Positions 59,482 through 64,000 of a stretch of DNA of 64,000 nt are shown in pieces. A program made the position numbers and the translations under genes. The notes below the pieces were generated by a model. It was not told the origin of the DNA. It saw only the letters and a list, made by a program, of their open reading frames with translations, and searched no databases. How positions within the stretch are numbered: the first letter of the stretch is position 1; each line of letters opens with the position of its first letter. This DNA is from Eledone cirrhosa (taxonomy: Eukaryota), in the NCBI GenBank assembly GCA_964016885.1, contig OZ024742.1, positions 106,764,001 to 106,828,000 on the forward strand, written 5' to 3'.

Positions 59482-59921
59482 ATACTTTGGGAGGGTCATG
59501 TTGCCAATAAGAAACACACGCACCAGTTGCTTTCACTCCAATTTATTATAAATTAAATTTATAAATTTAAGAAATTTGTAAATTTCCGGTTGGTTGTTTG
59601 GTTCCACAACCGGACGGTTGTTAATATATTGTCAAAGTTCTTTCGTCACACATTCTGTGACCTCTTCAGTGACTGGCATAGGACAGAACAAAGGAGAGGC
59701 ACAAAACAAAGAAAAGAATCCCCAGTCACTGAAGAGGTCACCGAATGTGTGACGAAAGAACTTTGACAACATATGAACAACCGTCCGGTTGTGGAACCAA
59801 CCAACCAACCGGAAATTTACAAATTTCTTAAATTTATAAATTTAATTTATAATAAATTGGAGTGAAAGCATGGTGCGTGTGTTTCTTATTGGCAACATGA
59901 CCCTCCCAAAGTATAACAATA
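59475..59921. mobile_element. Inverted pair of Penelope pLTR fragments (about 200-bp arms, 45-bp spacer), each arm with a minimal hammerhead (59631-59673 -, 59725-59767 +)
   Basis: The arms are reverse complements, and the sequence is nearly the same as 11575-11803. Confidence 0.9.
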
Positions 59922-60340
59922 TCGGTTTCAACACATGTTTTCAGATAAAGAATCTTGTTAAACAAATTCAGAAACGAAATATAAATATATATATATAGGA
60001 AAATGTTTAACCCCGATGGCAGAGCTCAAGCCATTTCGACGGCTATTTCTGGACTAAATTAGAATTTTTAGTGTTGTAATAAATAGCAGAACTTTTCAAG
60101 GGGTAATTCCTTATATGGGAAGGTTGTAGTTGTCAAAAGGATTGGTCAAAGTTTCTTGTAAACACAAACAAATCTTTCATGGCGGTGGGTGGGAGGTAGG
60201 GGTGGCTGAACTTGCCTGTAGAACAATGAGGGAGTGGGTGGAGCCGGTCAAGCATTGAAAGTGAATTCTATACAGCAAATTCGAAGGAGTATGTATGAAA
60301 TTAGGCTAGTTAGAATGATATTAAATGATAATATAATATA

Positions 60341-61049
60341 TCATCATCATCATCATCATCGTTTAACGTCTATCTTCCACGCTTGCATGGGTTTGGACGG
60401 GAGTTTTCCCACTTGAGGAAAGATTGGTTGTCTTGCTCGTATAGGACTGTCTGGCGGGTTTTCTACGGCTGGATGCCCTTCCTAACACCAACCACGTTTA
60501 CAGTGTGGTCTGGGAGGTTTTTACCGTGTTACCTACACGGCCACATTACAGCTTGAACTGTGTGTTTTTTTGTCGTGACACCTACACGATCTCATTTGTT
60601 TCGGACTGGATATTGTGGTACCAACATAACTTTACATTGAAAGGGGTAGTGTTGATGGGGTGGGGGTAGTGGAATGGGGGTGTATTTTGTTAGAGGTGCC
60701 TACTGACTGTAGTAGGTTTCACTTTGTACTTAGGTAAGGCGGATCTTCTGTATTACTGTGTAGCGCCAAAGATCTCGGTCCAGTGACATTGTCTTGGAGA
60801 GGTGTAAGTGTGTGAGGTCGGAATTTATCAAGTCGTCCCAGGTTTTTCTGGGTCTGCCTACTCCGTAGCTACCGTCTATTTTTATTGCCCTGCACTTTTT
60901 TATACAGCTGTCGTCTTTCATGCGCATCACGTGACCATACCAACGTAGTCTTCTCTCGAGTAAACAACATCTGATCCCTCTTATTTCTAATTTTTCCCTT
61001 AGTTCGTTTATGCTTTGCTGTTCACGTATATTACTATTACACATCCAGC
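60341..61049 (-). mobile_element. RTE LINE 3' fragment, third copy of the 42-44 kb family; UTR-only stub at about 37295-37545 (+)
   Basis: ORF 60730..61071 reads WMCNSNIREQQSINELREKL...ERRLRWYGHVMRM...GRPRKTWDDLI. Confidence 0.92.
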
Positions 61050-61130
61050 CACGATAAATTAACGGAGCCATAGACTCTCGCCATTCCCTGTAAATAATGT
61101 GCTCAAAGGAGAAGAGATCCTGAGCTCTTT

Positions 61131-61395
61131 AAAATACAATATGTTGAAAAGGTAACACACCAGAGAGAGATATACAGTGCGCTATCAATAAAACAGGGAA
61201 AAATCTCTTTGGATTTGTACGTGTGTTATATAGTTATAAAGGTATTTATTTACGGTTTAATTTATATTTTTAATTATTGTGTCTATAGTCTGCCTTTCAT
61301 AGGTTATAGATTCCATACACTGGTGGTTTTTTCCCTGTTTTATTGATAGCGCACTATATATCTCTCTCTGGTGTGTTACCTTTTCAACATATTGT

Positions 61396-61400
<5 letters not shown>
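61131..61400. repeat. Inverted repeat (about 73-bp arms); body related to about 39525-39710
   Basis: aaaatacaatatgttgaaaaggtaacacaccagagagagatata...cagggaaaaa matches its reverse complement at 61328-61400. Confidence 0.85.
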
Positions 61401-61433
<33 letters not shown>

Positions 61434-61640
61434 CATTTAATATCCATTTTTCAACAACATTGAGTAGTCAGACTAAGTATTTAATTGGAGATACTGTCCT
61501 TCCAGACAGGCTGAAGACCACATCTTACATATTCTAGTTTTAGCACAATTTCTATGGCTGGATATCCTTACTAATACCAAACACTTTACAGGATATACTA
61601 GATTTATTCTATCTTGGTACCAACACTAGAGAAATTGTCA

Positions 61641-61673
<33 letters not shown>

Positions 61674-61674
<1 letters not shown>

Positions 61675-61930
61675 TAGACCACCCGTGACCCATTGGGTCA
61701 AGTTCACTTCAAAATGATTTTTAAATAATCAAAATATACAGACATGTATATAATGTGAAATGAAACTGGAAGGCCCATAAATATATGTGTGTGTATGTAT
61801 ATATATAAACGTGTGTGTATACATGTATATATATATATATATGTATGTGTGTGCGTATATATATATGTGGGTGTCTGTGATCTATATACTGGTCATAGAC
61901 ACCACATATATATATATATATACAGTCACT

Positions 61931-61970
<40 letters not shown>

Positions 61971-62297
61971 ACAACACCACCAGCTCTCTCTCTCACTTCC
62001 ATTCTCCTTCTCTGTCTCCTCTCCCTCTCTCTATGTCTGTCTTTCAATCTACTCTCTCACAACCACTATCTCTTTCTTTCTATCTTTCTCTCTCTCTCTC
62101 TGTTTATGAAGGTACCCAGAAAAACCCCGTATCTCGGGAACCCATGCTCCAATTCATGTGAAACTTGTTTTATTCCATTTGTATTCCTATTTCAGGGTCA
62201 ACTTCCTTTCAAAGTATTCTCACATTATGCGCCGGTTTGGCTGTATTAAATTACAGACAAGCAAGCAAGCAATCACAGAGTTTTAGTATTATATAGA
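61674..62297 (-). mobile_element. Non-autonomous Helitron
   Basis: The minus strand begins A|TCtatataatactaaaa and ends TGACCC aat GGGTCA cgggtggtCTAG|T. This gives 5'-TC, a subterminal hairpin, 3'-CTAG and A|T insertion, with internal microsatellites. Confidence 0.75.
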
Positions 62298-62300
62298 TAC

Positions 62301-62337
<37 letters not shown>

Positions 62338-62344
62338 AAATGGC

Positions 62345-62629
62345 CGTTTTGAAAGCCTCTACAATGCAGACTGATAAATTTCTGGGTAACAAAATCAGGT
62401 GGCAGTAGTACGGAGATAAAGAGGAAGAGAAATGTAAAATGAAATGAAAACCAGAGATGGAGTTACCTTAGAATAGATTTATTCATCCCTATATTTTGGA
62501 TTTCACATCCATCATCGAAGGATTCCGAAGGAATTTGGAGATTTGTCAGAAAAGAATCTACATGACTACTGCCACCTGATTTTGTTACCTGGAGATTTAT
62601 CCATCTGCATTACAGAGGCTTCCAAAACG
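62345..62629. repeat. Diverged inverted repeat (about 65-bp arms, about 155-bp spacer)
   Basis: ggtaacaaaatcaggtggcagtagt pairs with actactgccacctgattttgttacc, with mismatched extensions. Confidence 0.8.
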
Positions 62630-63234
62630 ACATTCTTCATATTCCACAATTCTTCAAGCAAACTTAAACATTTCCATATATATATATATAAGAATTGCTC
62701 CAATCAGCCTACTAAACCTCAGCAAATACTCTAAGCTGAATGCCAACCTGTCCCTTAGACTCCTGCCAAGCAAACCGTACCCACCCTCCAAATTCAGCAA
62801 AATAAACGTGGATCACCCATTCTCCCAAACTCGGCTTGCACAATCAGACAACAATAGCCACCTTATGGGGGAAGATAGATGATATCAAACTGCAGCTGTC
62901 ATATTATGTAGTTTCTATATCATAAAGACAAAGCTATTATTATCTGCAGCGACTATGACCCCATTACATAATAGGCTGTGCACCACCCTCTCCCATAGTC
63001 CCTCAACTTTAAAACCTCAACCCATCCACTTAGATGACGTGATGCCACACATCAGGAAGTCTAGTTCCTACAACACAACATAAAAACGAAAATTATGATA
63101 ATCAAGAAAATACCCAATCTATTAAAGAAATATATATATATATACTTATATATATATATATACATACATATTTATATATATATAAATACATATATATATA
63201 TAAATACATATATATATATATACACACACACATC

Positions 63235-63310
<76 letters not shown>

Positions 63311-63629
63311 TCTGCCTTTTTGCTAACAGGGAAAGTGGACATTAAACAAAGATGATGAATATGATGATACATATGCATACATATGTGTGTGTGTGTGTGT
63401 TTGTGCCTATGTGTGTGCGTGCATGTCCCATGCCTGAGCATATATCTGATTAACTATCCAACCATCTCTCTAACTAGATACATTTCTATCATTATATCTA
63501 TTTTTCACAAATTCACCTCTCACTCCTCCTCTCTCTCATCTTTATCCCACACACATACAACACACACACACACAACACACACACACTTACAACACACTCA
63601 CACAACACATACTCACAATACACATACAC

Positions 63630-63662
<33 letters not shown>

Positions 63663-64000
63663 CATACACATACACACGCAACTTTCAATGTACAGCCTCT
63701 CACATTCTATAAGTGTTGAAAATGTCAAGGTAAATACCACACCACGACACCCTTCTATGAGCCCCCCACCCCACCCTCCACTTCACTGAAATGAGGGGGG
63801 GGGGCGGCTATGAGAGAGGGGACATGGCATTATTAAAGACAGGAGATTCTATTCTAGTTTCTGTTTCTTCTTCTTTTTTCGATTACATGTGTACTTATGT
63901 ATGGTGTTCTGCATACAGACATGTGAGTGATTGTGTTTTTATATGTATGTGTGTGTGTGTGTGTCTATATATATATATATATACACACACATACATAATA

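Overview
AT-rich, extremely microsatellite-dense eukaryotic genomic DNA. The SINE/RTE/Penelope repertoire looks like a coleoid cephalopod (Octopus-like); this is inferred, not proven. The only host gene found is the 3' half of syntaxin-8 (STX8, Qc-SNARE) on the minus strand. It has four GT-AG, phase-compatible exons: 52686-52562, 49894-49802, 47669-47568 and 806-742. They splice to ...QTLMSTPPTSRPSTNPFLDEPDEYQNMDSQDLRTHQRSVIAQQDEGLDALSRVISHQKQMAVDIGNECDTQNEIIDDIGDHMDKINERLIKETSHIKIVDKKSNTCWYWIIIVLLFVAIVVVAAVPS*. The last intron is 46.8 kb, and upstream exons were not found in the window. The introns hold RTE, CR1-like and R4/Dong-like LINE fragments, Penelope-like (GIY-YIG) elements, two tRNA-derived SINE groups, a non-autonomous Helitron, a pogo-like MITE and several minisatellites. 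Almost all ORF-track entries are microsatellite artefacts. The most notable signals are: (1) a set of type I hammerhead ribozymes, one intact (17172-17252) inside a nested foldback structure with a perfect 155-bp palindrome; (2) many short inverted duplications of Penelope-type ends; (3) a 2.1-kb inverted RTE pair bracketing the three SNARE-domain exons, predicting dsRNA, ADAR editing and a 320-nt circRNA. Repeat boundaries were read by eye and are approximate.
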